Positions 29,529 to 38,429 of a stretch of DNA of 60,902 nt are shown here, piece after piece. How positions within the stretch are numbered: the first letter of the stretch is position 1; each line of letters opens with the position of its first letter. The notes beneath the pieces are model-generated. The model saw only the letters and a list, made by a program, of their open reading frames with translations, did not search any database and was not told where the DNA came from. Origin of the DNA: Lachnospiraceae bacterium (GTDB taxonomy: Bacteria; Bacillota; Clostridia; Lachnospirales; Lachnospiraceae); the NCBI GenBank assembly GCA_041855735.1, contig JBHAEV010000154.1, forward strand, positions 1 through 60,902, written 5' to 3'. The translations under genes were made by a program, and so were the position numbers.

Positions 29529-30428
29529 TCATATCAGATCCGCCTCTTTCATGGTTCTTCGATATCCGTCCAGTGCGGCGCCTTCTTTGGTCGGAAGGCT
29601 CGGTTTGTACGGCAGTCCGACATCCAATCCCCGAAGATTTGCCATATCCTTGGATGCCACCGGAAAACTGCCGGCATCCATGGACAGCCTGACCGGATTC
29701 AGTTTGAACTGCGCTTCCAAAGAACCTGCCAAATCCCCCGCCACATACTTATTGTAAATATCCGTGATCAGCTCCGGCATGAAATTTCCCGCAGTACAAA
29801 CTCCCCCGACCGCTCCGTGACAAAGCGAAGCATAGAGCAGAGTGTCCTTTCCTCCGAACACTTTGAATTCCAGATGACGGGTTCTTCGGATAAACTCCGC
29901 CGTCTGCGTAATATCTCCGCTGGTATCCTTCATTCCGACAATATTTGCACAGTCGTTCGCGAGTTTTTCCACCAGACCGGAAGACAGGGTATAACCCGTT
30001 CTGCCGGGATTGTTGTATAAAAGAACCGGAACATCCGATACTGCTTTTGCAATTGTCTGAAAATGCAGATATAATTCTTCTTCGGTCGGCTTTAAAAACA
30101 TCGGCTGCAATACGGAAATACCGGATACGCCGTTTTCTCTTGCCATTTTGGCAAGACGCACGCATTTTTTGGTGCTGACTGCACCGATTCCGAAATACAC
30201 GGGCACTCTGGAGTTTGCGGCAGAGAGTATGATTTTCAATCCTCTCTCCATCTCATCCTCTTCCACCATGTAGAACTCGCCATTGCTTCCGAATGCGAGA
30301 ATACCCGAAACACCTCCCTCGATGCAGTAATTCACCTGTTTTCTGAGTTTCTCCTCATCAATCCTTTCATTTTCATCGATCGGCGTGATGATGGGAACAA
30401 TAACACCTTTCATAAAATCCGTATTCAT
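29529..30428 (-). CDS. DapA/DHDPS-family class I aldolase or dehydratase (candidate 5-dehydro-4-deoxyglucarate-acting enzyme)
   Basis: YNNPGRTG and Schiff-base Lys context IVGMKDTSGD. 299 aa. SD AGGAGAAG. Confidence 0.8.
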   Translation of the reverse strand: MNTDFMKGVIVPIITPIDENERIDEEKLRKQVNYCIEGGVSGILAFGSNGEFYMVEEDEMERGLKIILSAANSRVPVYFGIGAVSTKKCVRLAKMARENGVSGISVLQPMFLKPTEEELYLHFQTIAKAVSDVPVLLYNNPGRTGYTLSSGLVEKLANDCANIVGMKDTSGDITQTAEFIRRTRHLEFKVFGGKDTLLYASLCHGAVGGVCTAGNFMPELITDIYNKYVAGDLAGSLEAQFKLNPVRLSMDAGSFPVASKDMANLRGLDVGLPYKPSLPTKEGAALDGYRRTMKEADLI

Positions 30429-30437
30429 ACTCTTCTC

Positions 30438-31325
30438 CTACTGCTTTACGATGCTTGTTCCGGATATTTTCTCATAGTATTTTACGATTGCACAGTGGTC
30501 GTCTTTTTCATTTCCGTCCGCCTTCAGGTTTTGCATCACTTCCATAAGCTGTGCGGTGAGAGGAGACGGAGAGCTAACCGCATGCGCCGCATTCAGAGCA
30601 TTGTTCAGATCCTTGATGTGAAGCTCGATTCGAAAGCCCGGCTTATAATTCCCGTCCAGCATCATCGGCGCTTTTGCATCCATCACGGTGGAACCCGCCA
30701 GACCACCCCGGATCGCCTTATAGACCAGTTCCGGATCGGTTCCCGCTTTCTTTGCAAAGGTCAATGCCTCCGCCACCGCCGCAATGTTGACAGCCACCAC
30801 CATCTGATTGGCAAGTTTTGCTACATTTCCGGAACCCAGATCTCCGACATACACCACGGAACCTGCCATAACCATGAGCATATCATAATACTTGTCGAAC
30901 AATTCTTTCCTGCCTCCGCACATTACGGACAGGGTGCCGTCGATCGCCTTCGGCTCTCCGCCGGAAACCGGGCAGTCCATCATATCAATGCCGTGTTTTG
31001 CAAGTTCCGCGCCGATCGCCTTGGATTCGGTAGGATCGATGGAGCTCATATCAATCACGCATGTTCCTTCCTTTGCACCCTCTACGACTCCGCCCTCTCC
31101 GAGCACTGCCGCTCTTACATGCGGAGAATTCGGAACCATTGTGATCACCGTATCGCATTTTTCCCCCACTTCCCTGGAGCTTACCGCCGCAACCGCGCCC
31201 ATCTCCACAAGCTCCGCAACGGAATTTGCATTGAAATCAAACACCACCAGTTCATGCCCTGCTTTTACCAGATTCTTTGCCATTGGCTTTCCCATAATTC
31301 CGAGACCGATAAATCCTATTTTCAT
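30438..31325 (-). CDS. garR: 2-hydroxy-3-oxopropionate (tartronate semialdehyde) reductase-like, 3-hydroxyisobutyrate dehydrogenase family
   Basis: The ATG at 31325 gives MKIGFIGLGIMGKPMAKNL. HIBADH-family sequence throughout. Confidence 0.8.
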   Translation of the reverse strand: MKIGFIGLGIMGKPMAKNLVKAGHELVVFDFNANSVAELVEMGAVAAVSSREVGEKCDTVITMVPNSPHVRAAVLGEGGVVEGAKEGTCVIDMSSIDPTESKAIGAELAKHGIDMMDCPVSGGEPKAIDGTLSVMCGGRKELFDKYYDMLMVMAGSVVYVGDLGSGNVAKLANQMVVAVNIAAVAEALTFAKKAGTDPELVYKAIRGGLAGSTVMDAKAPMMLDGNYKPGFRIELHIKDLNNALNAAHAVSSPSPLTAQLMEVMQNLKADGNEKDDHCAIVKYYEKISGTSIVKQ

Positions 31326-31357
31326 ACATATACCGCCTTTCAATTTTTATTGGCTCG

Positions 31358-31399
31358 ATTATAAAAAAAATAATCCATTTTATCAATGGAATTAATTCC
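31358..31399 (-). promoter_or_regulatory. sigmaA-type promoter (TTGATA-17-TATAAT) with adjacent 12-nt palindrome GGAATTAATTCC
   Basis: On the minus strand the -35 is at 31381-31386 and the -10 at 31358-31363. The perfect palindrome at 31388-31399 lies immediately upstream of the -35. The whole element is about 35 nt upstream of the garR ATG. Confidence 0.5.
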
Positions 31400-31425
31400 C
31401 AAAAAGAACTCCACAATCTATAAAA

Positions 31426-31463
31426 ACAGCATAAGATTTCATTTTTTTGAAATCCTATGCTGT
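31426..31463 (-). terminator. strong rho-independent terminator after the PrpR-like gene
   Basis: 15-bp stem ACAGCATAGGATTTC / GAAATCTTATGCTGT (one mismatch), followed by TTTTTATAG on the minus strand. Confidence 0.85.
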
Positions 31464-31495
31464 CTTTCGTTTCAATTTCATTCATCCCTGACAGT

Positions 31496-33322
31496 TCAAT
31501 CCGATACAATGCCGAACTTCTTTATATTTCTCCAAAGCGTCGCCTTGCTGATGCCGAGCTCTTTTGCCGTCTTTTCCCGGTTAAACCGGTTTCTTATCAA
31601 AGCATCCCGTATCAGTCCCGCCTTGGCGGAATGCGTTGCACTTCGCACCTTCGGTCCCTCTTCGCTTCTTCTTTCGGGATACAGTTCCTGCAATACGGCA
31701 TGGACGTCAATCTCATCAATATTTCTCTTGGGCGAAGCCAGCAATACTCTCTCCAAAAACGCATAGAGGGAGAGGGTATTTCCCTCCCAGTCGTAATCCA
31801 TGATCGCTTTTTTTCCGCCCTTGGTCAGACGATGATAACGAAAGTATTTTTCATTGATATGGGCGATCCTCTTTTCCACCATATCTTCCAGATCTTCCCG
31901 CCTCTCCCGAAGCTTCGGCAGGCGCAAAACCAGAGCATTTAACAGATAGTACAAACGATCCCGTATCCAATTCGTTTGATAAAGATCCTCCAAAGCGTAT
32001 CCGGAAGAAAGGATGAAACGAAAGTGAAGTCCGCGGCACTCCGGTGCCGTACCGGTCATCCATTCCACCAGAATGTCCTGTTTTTCCTTTGACAGATTCT
32101 CGATTTCTCCAATATGAATCGTACCCTTTTTGCCGCTCCTTATCCTTTCGCACTTTTCAAAAAAGCTTTGCATATCGCTTTCCAAATGCCCTGAAGATAT
32201 ACTGAAAAAGCTGTACTCCTGCAAGGGACTTGCATTATGAATGGCACAGGCGATGTCATAGCTTTCCGTTCCCACCGGAGCTTCGAGATAAATCGGATAA
32301 TCGGAAATCGCATATCTCCCGGCAAGTCCCAAAAAGGCTTTCATCGACCTCGACTTTGCGGAAATATCCGAGAAATGAACACGGCCCCGGATTACCTCGC
32401 CCGCCGTCTGTGCATCCGTTTTTTCCCGACGAATGCAGGATAGAATATAGCCTTGCTTCATATCCGCTTCATTTAATTTCGCCAGGGTGATATTGAATAA
32501 TTGATTCCTGTATTTTATCAGATAAAATCGGGTGTCCTCCGCACCTGCGGCAAAATCTTCCAGTTCCCGCTTTGAAATCTCCCGAAAGATCTCTTTGATA
32601 TGCTTTCCAATATAACGTGCGGAATCTCTGTCCAGCCATACATCCATGGTTTTATTCAGGAGTTCGATTCTGCCGAAGCTGTCCAGACGCATCACACCGT
32701 GGAAAGAATAATCCATAATTTTTTCCATACCGGAATACTCCTTCTGCGTTTGGATCGCCGCCCACATGCTTTCCGCCATGTCAAAGGCTGCCCTTAAGGA
32801 GTCCTCCGTAATAAACAGAAACAGAGATTGAATGCCGAAGCAACTCGCCTTGGATACCGCAACATCGCCCCCGAGGATGATATCCGCCCCGTCTTTTGCC
32901 GCACGCTCCGCCATCTCATGGAAATCCTCATAGCTGCCTGCAAAATACACCTTCATCCTGATGTGATGCGCGGCTTCTGCATAGGACATGTCGGGAAACA
33001 TATTTTTCGTTCCGATTATCGCAATTTTCGGTTCTTCCTTGCCGACGATTTTTTTTGCACGATGAATCAAGGTATCCAATTCCCTCGGCGTCATGGCAAT
33101 TTCCACAACGGGAACATTGGTGTACTGCCGAATCAGAAGAGCCTGCAGGCCTCTGGAAATAATAATGGTGCTCCCTTTCGCGATGCAATCTCTGGCTTTG
33201 GATACCGCATTCCCGGTACTGATGACCTCCATGGTATCAATATGATATTGTTTTTCCTGCAAGATATTATGTGCATGATAGAGCATATCCTTTCTGGATA
33301 CCAGCAGCGCTATATTTCCCAT
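31496..33322 (-). CDS. PrpR-N / PAS / degenerate sigma54-interaction (AAA+) / Fis-HTH regulator
   Basis: PrpR-type N-terminal domain (ALLVSRKDMLYHAHNIL...IIISRGLQA...). A PAS-like middle region. The AAA+ core has the Walker A position reading APVGTESYD and lacks GAFTGA, but retains ...RDRLYYLLNALVLRLPKLRERREDLEDMV. C-terminal HTH KTAKELGISKATLWRNIKK. Confidence 0.75.
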   Translation of the reverse strand: MGNIALLVSRKDMLYHAHNILQEKQYHIDTMEVISTGNAVSKARDCIAKGSTIIISRGLQALLIRQYTNVPVVEIAMTPRELDTLIHRAKKIVGKEEPKIAIIGTKNMFPDMSYAEAAHHIRMKVYFAGSYEDFHEMAERAAKDGADIILGGDVAVSKASCFGIQSLFLFITEDSLRAAFDMAESMWAAIQTQKEYSGMEKIMDYSFHGVMRLDSFGRIELLNKTMDVWLDRDSARYIGKHIKEIFREISKRELEDFAAGAEDTRFYLIKYRNQLFNITLAKLNEADMKQGYILSCIRREKTDAQTAGEVIRGRVHFSDISAKSRSMKAFLGLAGRYAISDYPIYLEAPVGTESYDIACAIHNASPLQEYSFFSISSGHLESDMQSFFEKCERIRSGKKGTIHIGEIENLSKEKQDILVEWMTGTAPECRGLHFRFILSSGYALEDLYQTNWIRDRLYYLLNALVLRLPKLRERREDLEDMVEKRIAHINEKYFRYHRLTKGGKKAIMDYDWEGNTLSLYAFLERVLLASPKRNIDEIDVHAVLQELYPERRSEEGPKVRSATHSAKAGLIRDALIRNRFNREKTAKELGISKATLWRNIKKFGIVSD

Positions 33323-34554
33323 TATTTGATCACCCCGAAACCGACGATAAAGTGGATTGTGTCTTCTTTGTAGGAAACATTCAATGTTCCGCCCAGTTTT
33401 TCACAGATTTGTTTTGCTATGGCAAGCCCTATGCCGTAACCCTTTTTGCTGCTGTTGTGGGACGTATCCTCTCGATAAAATCTCTCAAAGAATTTATTGT
33501 AGTCAACTCCCTTTCCCTCTGCATAGGTATTGGAGACAACCATCTGCATTTTTTTACCGGATTTTGACAATTTCAGGTCAACCCTTCCCCCTTCATCACA
33601 GTATTTGGAAGCATTGTCCAAAAGAATGTCGACAAGTTCCACCATGGATTTTTCTTCTCCCTTGATATAAATTCCGTTTTCCACCTCGGAATGAAAATCC
33701 TTCCCCTTGCCTTTTATCACCTGCTCGAAATTATCACATGCCTCCGTTACGATGGATGAAATCCCCACTTCATTTAATGTGATTTCTCCCTTTTCCTCCA
33801 ATCTCACCAGACTCACCAGCTCCGCAACCAGCCGATTCATTCTTTCGATCTGCCGGATATTGCTCTCCACCCATTTGTTCGATCCGTGCATCATTTCCAG
33901 CATATCCGTATTGGCCTGGATCACGGCAAGCGGAGTTTTCAGCTCATGACTGGCATTGGTGATAAATCGCTTTTGTTTTTCCTGCGCCTCCTCATAAGGA
34001 CGGACGATTTTTCTGGAATATGCCACAATCAAAAAGAAATAAAACAGCATGATAATGATGCCCACCATGAGCATATAACCGGTCAGGCTGGACACCAATT
34101 CGATTCGGGAGCTGATATCCACAATCACAAACAGATATCGTCCCTCCACTTCCTCATACCTGTATGCATACGTCAATCCATGGTGTTCCATATTCCCTTC
34201 ACTTTTCGTCCCCCATACCGCCAAGGCGATGTCCTCAATAACGGAGCTGTTCAAAAAAGTGGTATTGGTAACTTCAAATTGGATTCCGTCTTCCAATTCC
34301 TCCAGCCACCCGATTAAATACCTCGTATTGTACAGAATTCTTGCGAGTTCTTCATCCTCTTTTCGGATGTCATTGTCGATAATCGATACATCGATCACAC
34401 CCTTTCGCCGGATGATTTCCTCTATGATTCGATTCCCCAGGCTTTCAATATTGGAACGCGTCATGATAATTACAAAGGACTGTACCAAAACGATCGCAAA
34501 AAACAAAGCCGATAGGGATACCGAAATAAACTGCCATCTCAACTTTCTTACCAT
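33322..34554 (-). CDS. sensor histidine kinase
   Basis: Two TM helices flank an extracytoplasmic loop of about 130 aa. H-box NASHELKTPLAVI and G-box GYGIGLAIAKQI. The stop TAA shares one base with the ATG of the next gene (TAATG). Confidence 0.85.
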   Translation of the reverse strand: MVRKLRWQFISVSLSALFFAIVLVQSFVIIMTRSNIESLGNRIIEEIIRRKGVIDVSIIDNDIRKEDEELARILYNTRYLIGWLEELEDGIQFEVTNTTFLNSSVIEDIALAVWGTKSEGNMEHHGLTYAYRYEEVEGRYLFVIVDISSRIELVSSLTGYMLMVGIIIMLFYFFLIVAYSRKIVRPYEEAQEKQKRFITNASHELKTPLAVIQANTDMLEMMHGSNKWVESNIRQIERMNRLVAELVSLVRLEEKGEITLNEVGISSIVTEACDNFEQVIKGKGKDFHSEVENGIYIKGEEKSMVELVDILLDNASKYCDEGGRVDLKLSKSGKKMQMVVSNTYAEGKGVDYNKFFERFYREDTSHNSSKKGYGIGLAIAKQICEKLGGTLNVSYKEDTIHFIVGFGVIK

Positions 34555-34557
34555 ATT

Positions 34558-35214
34558 CTACTCTCCCACTCTGTATGTTCCCTCTTTTTCCACAATACAG
34601 ATATCGGAACCGATGGACAGCAATTTGCTGTTCAAAAAACGGATGTATACCGCCAGGGTATCACTGTCCGCATTCCGGTTCCAGATTTTATCAAGTATTT
34701 CCTGATGCCCGAGTTCTCTGTTTTTATTTAAAATCAAAAGCTTCATCAACTGGTTTTCTCTCGCGGACAAGCTCACGGAATTGGTGCTGATTAAAACCGA
34801 CTCCTCAATATTAAAAACCGTATTGCCGATTTCCAGTTTTTTCGGGCTGTACTCTTCCTTTCTCCTGGTCATGGAGCGAACTCTTGCCAAAAGTTCCTTC
34901 ATTGCAAACGGCTTGGTCAGATAATCATCCGCTCCCAGGTTCAAACCCTGCACTTTGTCATCCAACTCCGATTTCGCCGTCAATAAAAGAATCGGCGATA
35001 TCACATCATTTTGCCGCATTTGTTCCAAAGCTTCCAGTCCGTTCATCACAGGCATCATAATATCCATAATGATCGCATCGTAATTTCCGCTGAGCGCTTT
35101 CTCAAACCCCAGCATTCCGTTTTCCGCACTCTCCACTTCATAGCCTGCCGCCGTCAAATACTCCGCCACCACTTCTCTCAAATCATTTTCATCTTCGATT
35201 ACCAATAATCTCAT
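34558..35214 (-). CDS. OmpR-family response regulator
   Basis: MRLLVIEDENDLRE...DAIIMDIMMPVMNG...GADDYLTKPF plus a wHTH. SD AGGAG. Confidence 0.9.
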   Translation of the reverse strand: MRLLVIEDENDLREVVAEYLTAAGYEVESAENGMLGFEKALSGNYDAIIMDIMMPVMNGLEALEQMRQNDVISPILLLTAKSELDDKVQGLNLGADDYLTKPFAMKELLARVRSMTRRKEEYSPKKLEIGNTVFNIEESVLISTNSVSLSARENQLMKLLILNKNRELGHQEILDKIWNRNADSDTLAVYIRFLNSKLLSIGSDICIVEKEGTYRVGE

Positions 35215-35222
35215 AAATACTC

Positions 35223-35813
35223 CTATTCCTTATTTGCAATATCACGAATCGCCTGCAAAGAAATATCGCAGGCCGCCAGTTCATCGGCGCATCTTTTCAA
35301 TTCTTTACTGATAATTTCCGACATTTTTATTGACTTTTTGTACTTAATCTCATGCTCCAATGCCGCCCATGTGTCCATGGCAATCGTTCTCAGCTGGATT
35401 TCTATAAAATACTTTCCCTTTTCATTGCCCTCGATATCAAAGTGCTTGCTCTCCACCTCGATAATCATGTGATAGGAACGATACCCGTTCTCCTTCGACT
35501 GCTTGATATAGTCCTTTTCTTCCGAAACGCTGACATCCGGCAAAGACTTGATGTACTCCACGCACTTATATACATCTTCTCTGAACAGGCACACAATCCG
35601 GATTCCGATGCTGTCCTTAATTTTTTTCAGTGCCGAATGCGCATTCACAGGATAGTTTTTTCTGCGGCATTTTTCTTCCATGCTTGTTTCTGATTTCACT
35701 CTTGCACTGATGTGTTCGAATAAATTCTCCTCCCGTAAAATGGATAGGCGATTCAAAAAATCCTCTTTGATTTGTTCCAAAATCTCTGCATAATCTCCAT
35801 ATATGCTGCTCAT
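35223..35813 (-). CDS. small alarmone synthetase (RelQ/RelP-type GTP pyrophosphokinase)
   Basis: 196 aa. RelA/SpoT synthetase motifs SIGIRIVCLF, YRSYHMII and EIQLRTIAMDTWAALEHEIKYK. Confidence 0.8.
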   Translation of the reverse strand: MSSIYGDYAEILEQIKEDFLNRLSILREENLFEHISARVKSETSMEEKCRRKNYPVNAHSALKKIKDSIGIRIVCLFREDVYKCVEYIKSLPDVSVSEEKDYIKQSKENGYRSYHMIIEVESKHFDIEGNEKGKYFIEIQLRTIAMDTWAALEHEIKYKKSIKMSEIISKELKRCADELAACDISLQAIRDIANKE

Positions 35814-36028
35814 CCGTCATTCTTCCTTTGCATCTGTTTGTATCCGTTTCGATTGAAAATCATGTCATCACACTTTGCAATTTGCCGACATTGTCGACGA
35901 ACTTCCGATTCGATTGTATGATATCAACCTCGCAAAGTCAATCTACTTGTCGATGAACTTCCGACAGCGGTTCTGCCGGATATTCGTATGACAAAGTTGT
36001 GATGACCAGGGAATCATTATGCAAAATA

Positions 36029-36111
36029 CTACTGGACAATTTTTCGGTTTTTACAAAAATTGTCCAGTAGGAATGGACAAAATCGCTGATATGCATTAAA
36101 ATGTCCAGTAG
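36029..36111. promoter_or_regulatory. perfect 16-nt inverted repeat CTACTGGACAATTTTT / AAAAATTGTCCAGTAG plus a third half-site
   Basis: The arms are at 36029-36044 and 36055-36070. A third half-site AAAATGTCCAGTAG is at 36098-36111. All lie in the divergent region between the SAS operon and the AAA ATPase gene. Confidence 0.5.
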
Positions 36112-36141
36112 AATCAGAGTCAATGGAAGGAGACGTGTGAG

Positions 36142-37323
36142 ATGATTAAACGCGAAAAGTATATCGAGCCTATCCGCGAATTCTACGACGGGGATCTGAT
36201 CAAGGTCATTACCGGTATTCGCCGATGTGGCAAATCTGTTATCCTGAAACAAATTTTGAAAGAGATAAAGGAACGGTCAGACAATATCATTTTCCTTGAT
36301 TTTGAGGATACCGCTGTCTTGAATGCCCTTCCTGACGAAATGGCATTGTTGAACTATATTGACCATCATCGAAAAGAATCTCTATGCTACGTATTTCTCG
36401 ATGAGGTTCAGCGCGTCGTGGGATGGGCCGGAGCGTGCAGAACACTCCGGATCAGAAACTGCTCCGTTTTCATCAGCGGTTCAAACTCCAAGCTTTTATC
36501 CCGGGAGTTCACAAAAGAGCTTTCCGGCAGATACGTGCCTTTCCGGATCAGGCCATTTGTGTACAGAGAACTGGCTGAATACGGGAATGAACTTGGCAGG
36601 GAAATCACACTCACTGATTATATTATCTGGGGTGGTTTCCCGAAACGAATCGAATACAGCGGCGAGAGCGGTCAGCGAATCTATCTGAATGAGCTGAATG
36701 AAACCATTATTTTGAACGATATCATCAACCGATATAAAATCCGAAAAACCGAAGTCTTCAAACGGCTTGCCAACTTTGTATTCCTGTCAAACGGAAGAAT
36801 TCTGTCCGCCAGATCCGTGGAGAAATATATGAAAGGGACAGGCCTGCCATGCTCCATAACTACGATCACCAAGTATATCGGATATCTGGAAGAGGCCTAT
36901 GCGATTGGAACGGTAAAGAAATATTCTGCCCAGTCCAAACGTGAATTGGAATACTATCTCAAGGTATACGATGAGGACGTCGCTTTAAATTCCATTCGGG
37001 TCATGAACAGCCGATACGATCTTACTCATAACTTTGAGAATGTGGTTTATAACGAGCTTATCTATATGGGGTACAATCTCCGTGTGTATCACGACGGCTC
37101 ACAGGAAATTGATTTCGTTGCCAACAAGAAGAATAAGCAATACTATATTCAGGTTGCCTATTCTGTGGCTGAGGAGAAGGCGTATGAGCGAGAGTTCGGT
37201 GCATTTGCCAAACTGGATAACTCCTGTCAGAAGATCATAATCACAAATGACGATATCGATTTCAGTACCAGCACTGTACGTCATATCCGGTTTCGGAATT
37301 TCGTGCAGATGGATGAGCTGTGA
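36142..37323 (+). CDS. AAA+ ATPase with DUF4143 (COG1373 family)
   Basis: Walker A GIRRCGKSVIL, Walker B VFLDEVQ, and a C-terminal DUF4143-like region. SD GGAAGGAGA. Confidence 0.8.
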   Translation: MIKREKYIEPIREFYDGDLIKVITGIRRCGKSVILKQILKEIKERSDNIIFLDFEDTAVLNALPDEMALLNYIDHHRKESLCYVFLDEVQRVVGWAGACRTLRIRNCSVFISGSNSKLLSREFTKELSGRYVPFRIRPFVYRELAEYGNELGREITLTDYIIWGGFPKRIEYSGESGQRIYLNELNETIILNDIINRYKIRKTEVFKRLANFVFLSNGRILSARSVEKYMKGTGLPCSITTITKYIGYLEEAYAIGTVKKYSAQSKRELEYYLKVYDEDVALNSIRVMNSRYDLTHNFENVVYNELIYMGYNLRVYHDGSQEIDFVANKKNKQYYIQVAYSVAEEKAYEREFGAFAKLDNSCQKIIITNDDIDFSTSTVRHIRFRNFVQMDEL

Positions 37324-37378
37324 TGAAGAAGGCTGCCATGCCCGGCCCCCTCTTTGGTGGCACCGGGCAGTTGCCCCG

Positions 37379-37726
37379 TCACAGGACTTTCGACGAATCC
37401 GAAACTTCCTTCAAGGCCTCATTCTGCACCAGTTTTGCGATTTTGCTTTCCAGTACGGAAATCTTAATGCTCATGCTGAATATCTTTACAATCAACACGA
37501 AAATAATGACCAAAAACAATAAATTTGCCGGCGACTGCATCCCCGTGATATCCGTCATTCTGTAAACCAGACCCGGAAACAGAGCAAGCACAATCAATAC
37601 CAGAGAAAACAGCACCCAAAACACCGCGTCGTCAATCTGCATTCTCGCTTTTCGAATGCGATGAATCACGGTCAGGCTTGTGAGTATGGAGAACACGATC
37701 AGCAGAATTTTTAATATCATCGACAT
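37379..37726 (-). CDS. DUF2304 family membrane protein
   Basis: 115 aa with 3 TM helices followed by an amphipathic tail. The motif ...IHRIRKARMQIDDAVFWVLFSL... matches DUF2304. It sits in the usual position beside a GT2. Confidence 0.7.
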   Translation of the reverse strand: MSMILKILLIVFSILTSLTVIHRIRKARMQIDDAVFWVLFSLVLIVLALFPGLVYRMTDITGMQSPANLLFLVIIFVLIVKIFSMSIKISVLESKIAKLVQNEALKEVSDSSKVL

Positions 37727-37733
37727 AAATCAC

Positions 37734-38429
37734 CTATCTCTTTCTGAAATTCTGTATAAACAAAATCGACACCAGCATCCGCAGCATGTACTTCATCGCA
37801 TTCACCGGAGTCAGATAGCTGACGCCGGCTTCTCTCTCGTCCATAATCGCCGGAATCTCCGCCACTTTTGCCCCCTGCTTCACGAGATAACTCATGGTAT
37901 CCGGCTCCGGACCGTAATTCAATTTCAGTGCAAACTCCTCGATGGCATGTCGGTTGTACATCCGCATCCCGGAGGTCGGATCTTTAATACCGACTCCCGT
38001 TGTCAGCCGGATTGCCAGCTCGATCAGCGTCGACCCGAACATTCGCAGCGAAACCGGCTTTTTTCTCCCGACAAATCGTGATGCGATGACAATGTCAAAT
38101 CCTTCCATCATCTTCTTTCGCATCGGGTCAATATACTCCGCCCGATGCTGTCCGTCTCCGTCAAACTGCACCGCATAATCATACCCGTTTTGCAGCGCAT
38201 ACCGCATTCCCGCCTGGAATGCGCCGGCAAGTCCGAGATTCACCGGCAAGTCCAGCAGAAAAAATCGGTTTTCTTTTGCAATCTTCGCCGTATTGTCCGT
38301 CGATCCGTCATTCACAATGATGTAATCCAAATCCGGATGATCCGTCATCAGTTTTTTGACAACCTTTTCTATGTTCGCCTCCTCATTGTAGGCGGGTATA
38401 ATGACCAAAGTATCCGCTTTTCTTCTCAT
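37734..38429 (-). CDS. family 2 glycosyltransferase (polyprenyl-phosphate glycosyltransferase-like)
   Basis: VIIPAYNEEANI...VNDGSTDNT...DGDGQH motifs. The ATG at 38429 overlaps the upstream stop (ATGA). Confidence 0.85.
   Translation of the reverse strand: MRRKADTLVIIPAYNEEANIEKVVKKLMTDHPDLDYIIVNDGSTDNTAKIAKENRFFLLDLPVNLGLAGAFQAGMRYALQNGYDYAVQFDGDGQHRAEYIDPMRKKMMEGFDIVIASRFVGRKKPVSLRMFGSTLIELAIRLTTGVGIKDPTSGMRMYNRHAIEEFALKLNYGPEPDTMSYLVKQGAKVAEIPAIMDEREAGVSYLTPVNAMKYMLRMLVSILFIQNFRKR

Noticed and set aside
31326-31495. Possible sigma54 (-24/-12) promoter upstream of garR, expected because of the PrpR/NtrC-like neighbour
   Set aside because: The only TGG-containing candidate (TGGGAATTAATTCCATTG) has no GC at the -12 position. 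The region instead contains a clean TTGATA-17-TATAAT promoter.
35938-36252. 104-aa minus-strand ORF in the divergent promoter region
   Set aside because: It overlaps the start of the DUF4143 ATPase gene and the palindromic operator region. It has no SD and no motifs.
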